Under the pieces are notes generated by a model. The model was not told the DNA's origin. It saw nothing but the letters and a program-made list of their open reading frames with translations, and searched no databases. A DNA stretch of 64,000 nt from Eledone cirrhosa (Eukaryota): positions 4,402,001 through 4,466,000 of the forward strand of contig OZ024749.1 in NCBI GenBank assembly GCA_964016885.1, written 5' to 3'. Below, piece after piece: positions 42,332 to 55,875 of the stretch; position 1 is the stretch's first letter; each line of letters begins with the position of its first letter. Made by a program: the position numbers and the translations under genes.

Positions 42332-44648
42332 TACCCATCTGCCAGATAGTTGAACGTTCGAAAGTATATACTTTCCTTATGAAAATTAACGGCTGAGCAG
42401 CCTAATTTCCATATTGAGTGAGTTAAATCGGTCAGGCATACCGAAAACGATAAATTGAAACAAAATGAAAACGAAATTTCATTTCTCACTCTTAGTATGG
42501 CACTTACTTAAATGTAAGTATGCATGTATACGTACATACATATATGTATACAGACGTACAGTAGCATGCACATATATATATACATATACATATATACATA
42601 CATATGCATACAGGTACACATACATATATGCACGTATCAGTTTAGCGGCGCTAACGTCGCTTTGTTCGTTTGTAAACAAACTGAACAGCCTGAATTTATG
42701 CCATACGGTGTTAAGGCAACCACGTCACCTTTTTGTTCAACACTGACACAGGAACGATGTACTAGTTTCAAGCTTGTTAGCTATCATCAGCACCGTTTAC
42801 CCATCTGCCAGATAGTTGAACGTTCGAAAGTATATACTTTCCTTATGAAAATTAACGGCTGAGCAGCCTAATTTCCATATTGAGTGAGTTAAATCGGTCA
42901 GGCATACCGAAAACGATAAATTGAAACAAAATGAAAACGAAATTTCATTTCTCACTCTTAGTATGGCACTTACTTAAATGTAAGTATGCATGTATACGTA
43001 CATACATATATGTATACAGACGTACAGTAGCATGCACATATATATATACATATACATATATACATACATATGCATACAGGTACACATACATATATGCACG
43101 TATCAGTTTAGCGGCGCTAACGTCGCTTTGTTCGTTTGTAAACAAACTGAACAGCCTGAATTTATGCCATACGGTGTTAAGGCAACCACGTCACCTTTTT
43201 GTTCAACACTGACACAGGAACGATGTACTAGTTTCAAGCTTGTTAGCTATCATCAGCACCGTTTACCCATCTGCCAGATAGTTGAACGTTCGAAAGTATA
43301 TACTTTCCTTATGAAAATTAACGGCTGAGCAGCCTAATTTCCATATTGAGTGAGTTAAATCGGTCAGGCATACCGAAAACGATAAATTGAAACAAAATGA
43401 AAACGAAATTTCATTTCTCACTCTTAGTATGGCACTTACTTAAATGTAAGTATGCATGTATACGTACATACATATATGTATACAGACGTACAGTAGCATG
43501 CACATATATATATACATATACATATATACATACATATGCATACAGGTACACATACATATATGCACGTATCAGTTTAGCGGCGCTAACGTCGCTTTGTTCG
43601 TTTGTAAACAAACTGAACAGCCTGAATTTATGCCATACGGTGTTAAGGCAACCACGTCACCTTTTTGTTCAACACTGACACAGGAACGATGTACTAGTTT
43701 CAAGCTTGTTAGCTATCATCAGCACCGTTTACCCATCTGCCAGATAGTTGAACGTTCGAAAGTATATACTTTCCTTATGAAAATTAACGGCTGAGCAGCC
43801 TAATTTCCATATTGAGTGAGTTAAATCGGTCAGGCATACCGAAAACGATAAATTGAAACAAAATGAAAACGAAATTTCATTTCTCACTCTTAGTATGGCA
43901 CTTACTTAAATGTAAGTATGCATGTATACGTACATACATATATGTATACAGACGTACAGTAGCATGCACATATATATATACATATACATATATACATACA
44001 TATGCATACAGGTACACATACATATATGCACGTATCAGTTTAGCGGCGCTAACGTCGCTTTGTTCGTTTGTAAACAAACTGAACAGCCTGAATTTATGCC
44101 ATACGGTGTTAAGGCAACCACGTCACCTTTTTGTTCAACACTGACACAGGAACGATGTACTAGTTTCAAGCTTGTTAGCTATCATCAGCACCGTTTACCC
44201 ATCTGCCAGATAGTTGAACGTTCGAAAGTATATACTTTCCTTATGAAAATTAACGGCTGAGCAGCCTAATTTCCATATTGAGTGAGTTAAATCGGTCAGG
44301 CATACCGAAAACGAACAAAGCGACGTTAGCGCCGCTAAACTGATACGTGCATATATGTATGTGTACCTGTATGCATATGTATGTATATATGTATATGTAT
44401 ATATATATGTGCATGCTACTGTACGTCTGTATACATATATGTATGTACGTATACATGCATACTTACATTTAAGTAAGTGCCATACTAAGAGTGAGAAATG
44501 AAATTTCGTTTTCATTTTGTTTCAATTTATCGTTTTCGGTATGCCTGACCGATTTAACTCACTCAATATGGAAATTAGGCTGCTCAGCCGTTAATTTTCA
44601 TAAGGAAAGTATATACTTTCGAACGTTCAACTATCTGGCAGATGGGTA

Positions 44649-44693
44649 AACGGTGCTGATGATAGCTAACAAGCTTGAAACTAGTACATCGTT
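44649..44693 (+). ncRNA. Type I hammerhead (also at 45115-45159)
   Basis: Same motif in the inverted arm; predicted cleavage after GUA at 44686. Confidence 0.88.
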
Positions 44694-45397
44694 CCTGTGT
44701 CAGTGTTGAACAAAAAGGTGACGTGGTTGCCTTAACACCGTATGGCATAAATTCAGGCTGTTCAGTTTGTTTACAAACGAACAAAGCGACGTTAGCGCCG
44801 CTAAACTGATACGTGCATATATGTATGTGTACCTGTATGCATATGTATGTATATATGTATATGTATATATATATGTGCATGCTACTGTACGTCTGTATAC
44901 ATATATGTATGTACGTATACATGCATACTTACATTTAAGTAAGTGCCATACTAAGAGTGAGAAATGAAATTTCGTTTTCATTTTGTTTCAATTTATCGTT
45001 TTCGGTATGCCTGACCGATTTAACTCACTCAATATGGAAATTAGGCTGCTCAGCCGTTAATTTTCATAAGGAAAGTATATACTTTCGAACGTTCAACTAT
45101 CTGGCAGATGGGTAAACGGTGCTGATGATAGCTAACAAGCTTGAAACTAGTACATCGTTCCTGTGTCAGTGTTGAACAAAAAGGTGACGTGGTTGCCTTA
45201 ACACCGTATGGCATAAATTCAGGCTGTTCAGTTTGTTTACAAACGAACAAAGCGACGTTAGCGCCGCTAAACTGATACGTGCATATATGTATGTGTACCT
45301 GTATGCATATGTATGTATATATGTATATGTATATATATATGTGCATGCTACTGTACGTCTGTATACATATATGTATGTACGTATACATGCATACTTA

Positions 45398-45454
45398 TAT
45401 ATATATATATATATATATATTCATATATATATATATTCATATATATATATATTC

Positions 45455-45499
<45 letters not shown>

Positions 45500-45678
45500 T
45501 ATATATTCATTATATATATATTCATATATATATATATTCATATATATATATATATATATATTCATATATATATATATTCATATATATATATATATATATA
45601 TTCATATATATATATATATATATATAAATATATATATATATTCATATATATATATATAGATATAAATATATATATATA

Positions 45679-45723
<45 letters not shown>

Positions 45724-45747
45724 TCATATATATTCATTATATATATA

Positions 45748-45778
<31 letters not shown>

Positions 45779-45818
45779 TCTTATATATTCATTATATATA
45801 TATTCATATATATATATA

Positions 45819-45864
<46 letters not shown>

Positions 45865-45930
45865 TATATATATATATATATATATTCATATATATATATA
45901 TATATATTCATATATATATATATATATATA

Positions 45931-45973
<43 letters not shown>

Positions 45974-46153
45974 CTATATATATATATATATATATTCATA
46001 TATAGATATATATATATATATTTATATATAGATATATATAATATATTCATATATAGATATATATATATATATTCATATATAGATATATATATATATATTC
46101 ATATATAGATATATATATATATATATTCATATATAGATATATATATATATATA

Positions 46154-46194
<41 letters not shown>

Positions 46195-46226
46195 ATATAT
46201 GAATATATATATATATATATTCATAT
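45398..46226. repeat. (TA)n tract with TTCA interruptions
   Basis: Direct reading. Confidence 0.99.
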
Positions 46227-47196
46227 AGAAGAACTAGAGAGACACATACAACACTTCATCCACCGTATGCAGTTCTCTGGCTACAATCAGAGAGATAGAA
46301 TCAGAGTGTATAAAGGAGCCAGAACCAAATGGGAAAAAATGGTAAATAATGACATAAATGGGACCTGCCCCTTGTATAGGAGCAAATTTTGGAATAGAAT
46401 AGAAAGAACTAAGAACAAGGCCAATAGAATAAACTCATGGTATGATAGCAATAAATACCAGAGTGTAATGTTCATCAATACAACCCCTAGAGGCGAACTA
46501 GCCTACAAATTTAGAAGGGCCCTAACGAAACATAATCTCAATATTAAGATAGTAGAAAGACCTGGTACCTCCGTAAAAACACTTATTAGCAAGACATACC
46601 CGTTCTGAAGACCCTCATGTATAGATAAGAAATGTATAACCTGTAAAATAAGCCCCCATATTAACTGTAAAACTAGAAATGTAGTATATAGCATAAGATG
46701 TACTGAAGGACAATGTAGAAACAAAAATATAGTGTACATAGGTGAGACAGCTCGTAGTATAGGGGAACGAATAAATGAACACTGGCGAGACCTCCAAGAT
46801 AGTAAAGAATCATCTGTGCTCTACCAACATGCTAAGATAGAACACGGGGGTAAATTAGAGAGCATAGACATAAAAATAGAATCCACACACAAGAAAGACG
46901 CAATGTTTAGGCAAATTACAGAGGCAGTAAGCATAAAAGAATTAAAACCAAAATTAAATACAAAATATGAGTGGAACAGCAACATCACAACTTACAATTA
47001 AGGACAAAATGAAAACACACACACACATAGAACAAACAACTTACAATTGAAAACACACACAAAATGAAAACACACACAAGACAAAATGAAAACACACACA
47101 CACATAGAACAAACAACCAACCAACAATAAATAAATAAATAAACAAACAAATATAAATAGAAAAATAGAAAAATGAACACAAACACACACAGACAC

Positions 47197-47252
47197 CCGG
47201 ATGTGGCGCATGCGCAAACTGAGCACACAACCCACACACAAACAAAATGGCG
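47197..47252 (+). promoter_or_regulatory. Candidate pLTR promoter with ETS-like, NRF1-like and YY1-like motifs
   Basis: CCGGATGT, GCGCATGCGCA and AAAATGGCG in series; largely retained in the other pLTR copies. Confidence 0.55.
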
Positions 47253-47298
47253 TAGGATAGAAGAAAGGAAAGGCACAGAAACGAAGAAAGAAATCCCC

Positions 47299-47343
47299 AG
47301 TCACTGAAGAGGTCACAGAGTGTGTGACGAAAGAACTATGACT
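47299..47343 (+). ncRNA. Minimal type I hammerhead in pLTR (also 51586-51630 +, 53800-53844 -, 54566-54610 +)
   Basis: AGTCA-CTGAAGA-G-GTCACA-GAGTG-TGTGAC-GAAA-GAAC-TA-TGACT; the 53800 copy has CTGATGA. Confidence 0.85.
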
Positions 47344-47444
47344 ATATATATATAAACAACTATCTGGTTGTGGAACCAACCAACCAACCAGAAATTTGTA
47401 AATTTATAAATATATATTAAATTAAATTGAAGTGAAAGCAACTG

Positions 47445-48647
47445 GTGCGTGTGTTTCTTATTGGCAACATGACCCTCCCAAAGTATAACAATATCGGTTT
47501 CAACACACGATTTCAGATAAAGAATCTTGCTAAACAAATTCAGAAACGAAATATCGTAAGCCTTAGCCAGGCTAACAAGATACTGAAAACCACCATGTTC
47601 TGTTGTCTACGAAAAACCATAACATCTCGACAACTACACTTCATAAAACTGTGCACCACTTCTAGAATCTACACCAACACCATCAATACCGACGTTAAAA
47701 GATTACAACTCACCAAAAAACAAGCAGATAGGCTAAAACGAACTTTAATTCTAAACATAAAAAAGAAGATCTATAGAGAATTAAGTCATCAAGAAAAACT
47801 AAAGCGTAACCTAATAGATGAAATATCTAAAATCACCACACCAGCAGAAAAACTAACATTTATAAGCCTTATATGCCCCGAAGAACAGTACATTACTCAA
47901 GAATGTAATAAGCACTTTAACAGAAAATTAAAGTGGCTTAAACAGGCAAAGCTAAATCGGGATACTATAGAGTATACCAATAGATATCCCGACAAAATTG
48001 ACGGTATCAACATGGCCGACACCTCATTATCTGAAGAGTTCAACAATGAAAATACCAACATTTATGGAAACACGGAAATAGATAATAATGAAATGTCTGT
48101 GTTACGTCTGCCACCCAAATTTGCGACATTCAAGAAGGTAAATATGATTAGTTGTCTGTCAGAAATAGAAAAATCATTTACGAAACTACGCTGGAGCATC
48201 AAAAACAAAAACAAAAGCAACAATATACGCACACACATATACAACACACATCCCAACAACAACAGACACACAGACACAAACAACAATAACAACAACAATA
48301 GCAACATACCCAGATACAACACCAACAATAGCAACATACCCAGATACAACAGACACGCAGACACAAACAACAATAACAACACACACGGAGACAACAATAA
48401 CAACAACACACACATCAACAACAACAACAACAGCAACATACCCAGATACAACAACAACAGACACGCAAACACAAACAACAATAACAACACACACAACAAC
48501 GATAACACACACACACACGGAGACAACAACACACATCAACAACAACACACATCAACAACAACACACATCAACAACAACACACACACATTCAATGCCTCTC
48601 ACCACCACTACAATCTTAACAAACACACAGACACAGAAAACAAGTAA
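47445..48647 (+). CDS. N-terminal part of the PLE polyprotein (basic N-terminal domain plus Asn-rich insert)
   Basis: 400-aa ORF, first ATG at 47469; motif EMSVLRLPPKFA...EIEKSFTKLRW typical of PLE N-termini; out of frame with the next ORF. Confidence 0.8.
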   Translation: MRVFLIGNMTLPKYNNIGFNTRFQIKNLAKQIQKRNIVSLSQANKILKTTMFCCLRKTITSRQLHFIKLCTTSRIYTNTINTDVKRLQLTKKQADRLKRTLILNIKKKIYRELSHQEKLKRNLIDEISKITTPAEKLTFISLICPEEQYITQECNKHFNRKLKWLKQAKLNRDTIEYTNRYPDKIDGINMADTSLSEEFNNENTNIYGNTEIDNNEMSVLRLPPKFATFKKVNMISCLSEIEKSFTKLRWSIKNKNKSNNIRTHIYNTHPNNNRHTDTNNNNNNNSNIPRYNTNNSNIPRYNRHADTNNNNNTHGDNNNNNTHINNNNNSNIPRYNNNRHANTNNNNNTHNNDNTHTHGDNNTHQQQHTSTTTHINNNTHTFNASHHHYNLNKHTDTENK

Positions 48648-51288
48648 TGACAGTAGCACAGAAATCAGAGAAATAAGAGAAAGTAATAGGATTAAAAGGA
48701 GTAGGGAGACTAAGGACAAAGAGAATAACCAAGACGAACACACAGACACACAAAATAGGGTAGATAACAACATTGAGCCAGTGGAAAGAGACAGGAGTAA
48801 TTATGAGAGACATAGAAACAACCATGAAGCTGAGGCTGCTGCTGTTGGTGGAAATAGAAACAACACAACTAACAATAGCACTAGTACACATAAAGCAGCA
48901 GCCTGGAACTCTCCGTTTTATAACCCCTCCGATAAATCATTCGACCTACGACGAGTCCACGCCACGACTTTGCCATTTAACAAACGCACGCAGTTGCCGT
49001 CGCAGGTCGATGAACAAACAGAAGCACAATTTAGTATAGCTAAATCCGAACTTAGAAATATTATAGAACAGTATAGCAAGAAGCATAATAGAATAGAGGC
49101 CCAGCAACTGGGAGAAGAATCTGCAAATGGCTTGCGTAAGCTCATGCAGCGCTCGCGTAATGGAGAGATAGCATGCTTTCCAACAGACAAGTCTGGCAGA
49201 ATGTCGGTTGACAGCCTGCCAAACTACATCCAGGCAATGCAACCCCACATCACTAACACAAGAGAGGTAACACCACAGGAGCATGAGGATAGAGAAAAAA
49301 CCCTCAATGCCCATATGGTGATGTGGACAAATATAATGCAGCCCAACAAAAGGACTGCCAACAACTTCCAGGGCTGGAACAATGACGTGCCGGCGTTGTA
49401 TGGACTTCGAAAAGACCATAAAACGGGCTGGGACCCTGTCGCGGGACCACCAACACGGCCAGTCTGTGGGGCTAACATTGCTAGTAACTACAGACTGTCC
49501 TACTTCCTCTCCCTGATCATACGCCCCATCATTGAGATGTCCCCAGATGTGTGTGACAGCACGGAGGACCTCCTCAGCAGAATCGGCGCGGGTAACCGAT
49601 CTGGGGACCTAACAAACTGCATAATAGGCAGTATGGATGCTGTGTCCCTGTATCCATCTATTGACGTGGATTTTGCTGTGGAGAAATGCGTCGAAATGAT
49701 CAGCGAGAGCAAGGTTGAGTTCCGTAGGATTGATACCAGTGAGCTGGGACTTCTACTTAAGCTTACCCATAGTAATAGTTACCTAGACACTTATGACCTT
49801 AGCAACCTGTGCCCTACAATACCAGCAAGAGGCAGACCACCTACCATTACCTCAATGGCCAAGAAAACCCACACAGATAGATGGAACGGGTGGACCAGAG
49901 CCATACGGACACCCGAAAACCACGATGAACTGAAGAAAATGATTGCACATGCGGTAGGGGCCAGCATAAAATTAACCCTTAAGGAACATATGTTCAAATT
50001 TAATGGTAAAACATATGCCCAAGAGGAAGGAGCAGCCATTGGTGTTAGCATTGCAGGCGACATAGCTAACTTGTTCATGGTATGGTGGGACAGTAGACTT
50101 AAACAAAAACTTAATGAACAATTAGAAGACAGCTTAACCCTGATAATGTACTCCCGCTACGTAGATGATATAAACATCGTAGTTAAGACACCCCCACTAA
50201 AGAACAGTCAGGAACCAGAGAAAAACACAATGGAAAGCATCCAGCAAATAGCAAACTCCATCCACCAGAGCATTAGAGTTACTATAGACTACCCAAGTAG
50301 ACACCCCAACCATCGATTACCTGTACTAGACACAGAGCTCTGGTTAGATACTATTAACAACCAAAAACAAATCCTCCATTCCCATTATGCCAAACCCATG
50401 ACTTCCAAACATCTGATCCACCGAAACTCGGCCATTTCGGACCATACCAAAATCAACATACTGATTGCGGATTTGGTACGGGTGATGAGAAATGTGTCCC
50501 GCATGTGCAACCCCGAAGAACTAGAGAGACACATACAACACTTCATCCACCGTATGCAGTTCTCTGGCTACAATCAGAGAGATAGAATCAGAGTGTATAA
50601 AGGAGCCAGAACCAAATGGGAAAAAATGGTAAATAATGACATAAATGGGACCTGCCCCTTGTATAGGAGCAAATTTTGGAATAGAATAGAAAGAACTAAG
50701 AACAAGGCCAATAGAATAAACTCATGGTATGATAGCAATAAATACCAGAGTGTAATGTTCATCAATACAACCCCTAGAGGCGAACTAGCCTACAAATTTA
50801 GAAGGGCCCTAAAGAAACATAATCTCAATATTAAGATAGTAGAAAGACCTGGTACCTCCGTAAAAACACTTATTAGCAAGAAATACCCGTTCCAAAGACC
50901 CTCATGTATAGATAAGAAATGTATAACCTGTAAAATAAGCCCCCATATTAACTGTAAAACTAGAAATGTAGTATATAGCATAAGATGTACTGAAGGACAA
51001 TGTAGAAACAAAAATATAGTGTACATAGGTGAGACAGCTCGTAGTAAAGGGGGACGAATAAATGAACACTGGCGAGACCTCCAAGATAGTAAAGAATCAT
51101 CTGTGCTCTACCAACATGCTAAGATAGAACACAGGGGTAAATTAGAGAGCATAGAAATAAAAATAGAATCCACACACAAGAAAGACGCAATGTTTAGGCA
51201 AATTACAGAGGCAGTAAGCATAAAAGAATTAAAACCAAAATTAAATAGAAAATATGAGTGGAACAGCAACATCACAACTTACAATTAA
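48592..51288 (+). CDS. PLE reverse transcriptase plus GIY-YIG endonuclease
   Basis: TDKSG, LYGLRKDHK, RPV, SMDAVSLYPSI, QEEGAAIG, RYVDD, LPVLD, linker CIDKKCITC, NVVYSIRC...YIGETAR, H...H, ITEAVSI...LN. Confidence 0.95.
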   Translation: MPLTTTTILTNTQTQKTSNDSSTEIREIRESNRIKRSRETKDKENNQDEHTDTQNRVDNNIEPVERDRSNYERHRNNHEAEAAAVGGNRNNTTNNSTSTHKAAAWNSPFYNPSDKSFDLRRVHATTLPFNKRTQLPSQVDEQTEAQFSIAKSELRNIIEQYSKKHNRIEAQQLGEESANGLRKLMQRSRNGEIACFPTDKSGRMSVDSLPNYIQAMQPHITNTREVTPQEHEDREKTLNAHMVMWTNIMQPNKRTANNFQGWNNDVPALYGLRKDHKTGWDPVAGPPTRPVCGANIASNYRLSYFLSLIIRPIIEMSPDVCDSTEDLLSRIGAGNRSGDLTNCIIGSMDAVSLYPSIDVDFAVEKCVEMISESKVEFRRIDTSELGLLLKLTHSNSYLDTYDLSNLCPTIPARGRPPTITSMAKKTHTDRWNGWTRAIRTPENHDELKKMIAHAVGASIKLTLKEHMFKFNGKTYAQEEGAAIGVSIAGDIANLFMVWWDSRLKQKLNEQLEDSLTLIMYSRYVDDINIVVKTPPLKNSQEPEKNTMESIQQIANSIHQSIRVTIDYPSRHPNHRLPVLDTELWLDTINNQKQILHSHYAKPMTSKHLIHRNSAISDHTKINILIADLVRVMRNVSRMCNPEELERHIQHFIHRMQFSGYNQRDRIRVYKGARTKWEKMVNNDINGTCPLYRSKFWNRIERTKNKANRINSWYDSNKYQSVMFINTTPRGELAYKFRRALKKHNLNIKIVERPGTSVKTLISKKYPFQRPSCIDKKCITCKISPHINCKTRNVVYSIRCTEGQCRNKNIVYIGETARSKGGRINEHWRDLQDSKESSVLYQHAKIEHRGKLESIEIKIESTHKKDAMFRQITEAVSIKELKPKLNRKYEWNSNITTYN

Positions 51289-51845
51289 GGACAAAATGAA
51301 AACACACACACACATAGAACAAACAACTTACAATTGAAAACACACACAAAAGGAAAACACACACAAGACAAAATGAAAACACACACACACATAGAACAAA
51401 CAACCAACCAACAATAAATAAATAAATAAACAAACAAATATAAATAGAAAAATAGAAAAATGAACACAAACACACACAGACACCCGGATGTGGCGCATGC
51501 GCAAACTGAGCACGCAACCCACACACAAATAAATTGGCGTAGGATAGAAGAAAGGAAAGGCACAGAAACGAAGAAAGAAATCCCCAGTCACTGAAGAGGT
51601 CACAGAGTGTGTGACGAAAGAACTATGACTATATATATATAAACAACTATCTGGTTGTGGAACCAACCAACCAACCAACCAGAAATTTGTAAATTTATAA
51701 ATATATATTAAATTAAATTGAAGTGAAAGCAACTGGTGCGTGTGTTTCTTATTGGCAACATGACCCTCCCAAAGTATAACAATATCGGTTTCAACACACG
51801 ATTTCAGATAAAGAATCTTGCTAAACAAATTCAGAAACGAAATAT

Positions 51846-53582
<1,737 letters not shown>

Positions 53583-53587
<5 letters not shown>

Positions 53588-54834
53588 CGTTTCTTATTTT
53601 GTTTAGCAAGATTCTTTATCTGAAATCGTGTGTTGAATCCGATATTGTTATACTTTGGGAGGGTCATGTTGCTAATAAGAAACACACGCAGCAGTTGATT
53701 TCACTTCAATTTATTATATATTTATAAATTTACAAATTTATATATTTATAAATTCCTGGTTGGTTGGTTGGTTCCACAACCAGATAGTTGTTTATATATA
53801 GTCATAGTCCTTTCGTCACACACTCTGTGACCTCATCAGTGACTGGGTATTCCTTTCTTTGTTTCTGTGCCTCTCCTTTGTTCTGTCCTACGCCATTTTG
53901 TTTCTGTGTGTGTGTTGTGTGCTCAGTTTGCTCATGCGCCACATCCGGGTGTCTGTGTGTGTTTATGTTCATTTATCTATTTGTTTATTTATTTATTTTT
54001 TCACATGTTATTGGTTGGTTGTTTGTTCTATGTGTGTGTGTGTTTTCATTTTGTCCTTAATTGTAAGTTGTGATTCGCTGTTCCACTCATATTTTCTATT
54101 TAATTTTGGTTATAATTCTTTTATGTTTATTGCCTCTGTAATTTGTCTAAACATTGCATCTATTTCTATGTTCTCTAATTTACCCTTGTGTTCTATCTTA
54201 GCATGTTGGTAGAGTACAGATGATTCTTTATTGTCTTGAAGGTCTCGCCAGTGTTCATTTATCCGTTCCCCTATACTACGAGCTGTCTCATCTATGTACA
54301 CTATATTTTTGTTTCTACATTGTCCTTCAGTACATCTTATGCTATACACTACATTTCTAGTTGTACAGTTAATATGGGGGCTTATTTTACAGGTTATACA
54401 TTTCTTATCTATATATGAGGGTCTTTGAAAAGGGTATGTCTTGCTAATAAGTGTTTTTACGGAGGTACCTGGTCATTCTACTATCTTAATATTGCGTTTA
54501 TGTTTATTGAAAAATGGCGTAGGACAGAAGAAAGGAGAGGCACAGAAACAAAGAAAGGAATCCCCAGTCACTGAAGAGGTCACAGAGTGTGTGACGAAAT
54601 GACTATGACTATATATAAACAACTATCTGGTTGTGGAACCAACCAACCAACCAGAAATTTATAAATTTGTAGATTTGTAAATTTATAAATTTATAAATAT
54701 ATAATAAATTGAAGTGAAAGCACCTGGTGCGTGTGTTTCTTATTGGCAACATGACCCTCCCAAAGTATAACAATATCGGTTTCAACACACGATTTCAGAT
54801 AAAGAATCTTGCTAAACAAATTCAGAAGCGAAAT
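53583..54834. mobile_element. Truncated Naiad-like PLE with inversion: minus arm 53583-54510 (endonuclease remnant plus pLTR), plus arm 54511-54834 (pLTR)
   Basis: ORF 54110-54349 matches the endonuclease; both outer ends are the family 3' terminus joined to (TA)n. Confidence 0.92.
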
Positions 54835-54856
54835 GTATATATATACATATATATAT

Positions 54857-54992
<136 letters not shown>

Positions 54993-54999
54993 CATATTC

Positions 55000-55056
<57 letters not shown>

Positions 55057-55060
55057 CATA

Positions 55061-55097
<37 letters not shown>

Positions 55098-55843
55098 ATA
55101 TATATATATATATATATATCCATATATATATATATATATATATATTCATATATATATATATATATATATATATTCATATATATATATATACATATTCATA
55201 TATATATATACATATATACATATTCATATATATATACATATTCATATATATATATACATATATACATATTCATATATATATACATATTCATATATATATA
55301 TATATATTCATATATATATATATATTCATAAATATATATATATACATATTCATATATATATATATATATATACATATTCATATATATATATATATACATA
55401 TTCATATATATATATATATATATATACATATTCATACATATATATATATTTATACATACATATATTCGTTAAGAAATTGTATTACTGTGGAAGATAACAC
55501 ACCTATACATGTTCATGATTAGAAGGTGAAAACATATCATTACTGATTATCTACATGTAGACATTGATTTCAACGTGGAAGTGTGCAACTTGTTAAATGG
55601 TCTCAAAATTATCGAATACGAAAAGTCATTCTGGAATAATTGATCATATCCGCAACACTAATGCTGTATGATATTCAGTAGTGATGTATATTTGGATAGG
55701 TCCATCTCTATAATTTCCTCAAGTAATACCGTAAGTGATTCTGTGAATTATGTTTCACGTTTATCGAACTGTAATCAGCGACATATAGCTATTTGCTTTC
55801 CTACGTTAACATATGTTCCTTTACACTCTGTATTTACTGTTTC

Positions 55844-55875
<32 letters not shown>

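Larger units (their letters stand above)
41985..45397. mobile_element. 466-bp tandem array with one hammerhead per monomer (candidate non-LTR retrozyme): five copies at 41985-44314, then ~2.3 inverted copies at 44309-45397
   Basis: Identical ORF-track translations at 466-bp spacing; AAACGA microhomology at the inversion; both ends join (TA)n. Confidence 0.85.
46227..51845 (+). mobile_element. Near-complete Penelope-like element in partial tandem, Naiad-like
   Basis: 46228-47554 is directly repeated at about 50515-51845 (unit ~4.29 kb); RT plus GIY-YIG ORF; HHR in each pLTR; inserted in (TA)n. Confidence 0.95.

Noticed and set aside
41985-44314. CRISPR-like or ordinary satellite interpretation of the array
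   Set aside because: No variable spacers; dispersed relatives, defined ends and the HHR argue against a plain satellite
41999-45388. Repeated 66-112 aa ORFs in the 466-bp array
   Set aside because: They overlap on both strands, are largely simple-repeat derived and show no protein motif
46600-46615. In-frame TGA as selenocysteine (some Naiads are selenoproteins)
   Set aside because: Other copies have CAA, the position is not a Cys site, and the main ORF has no internal TGA; best explained by CGA decay
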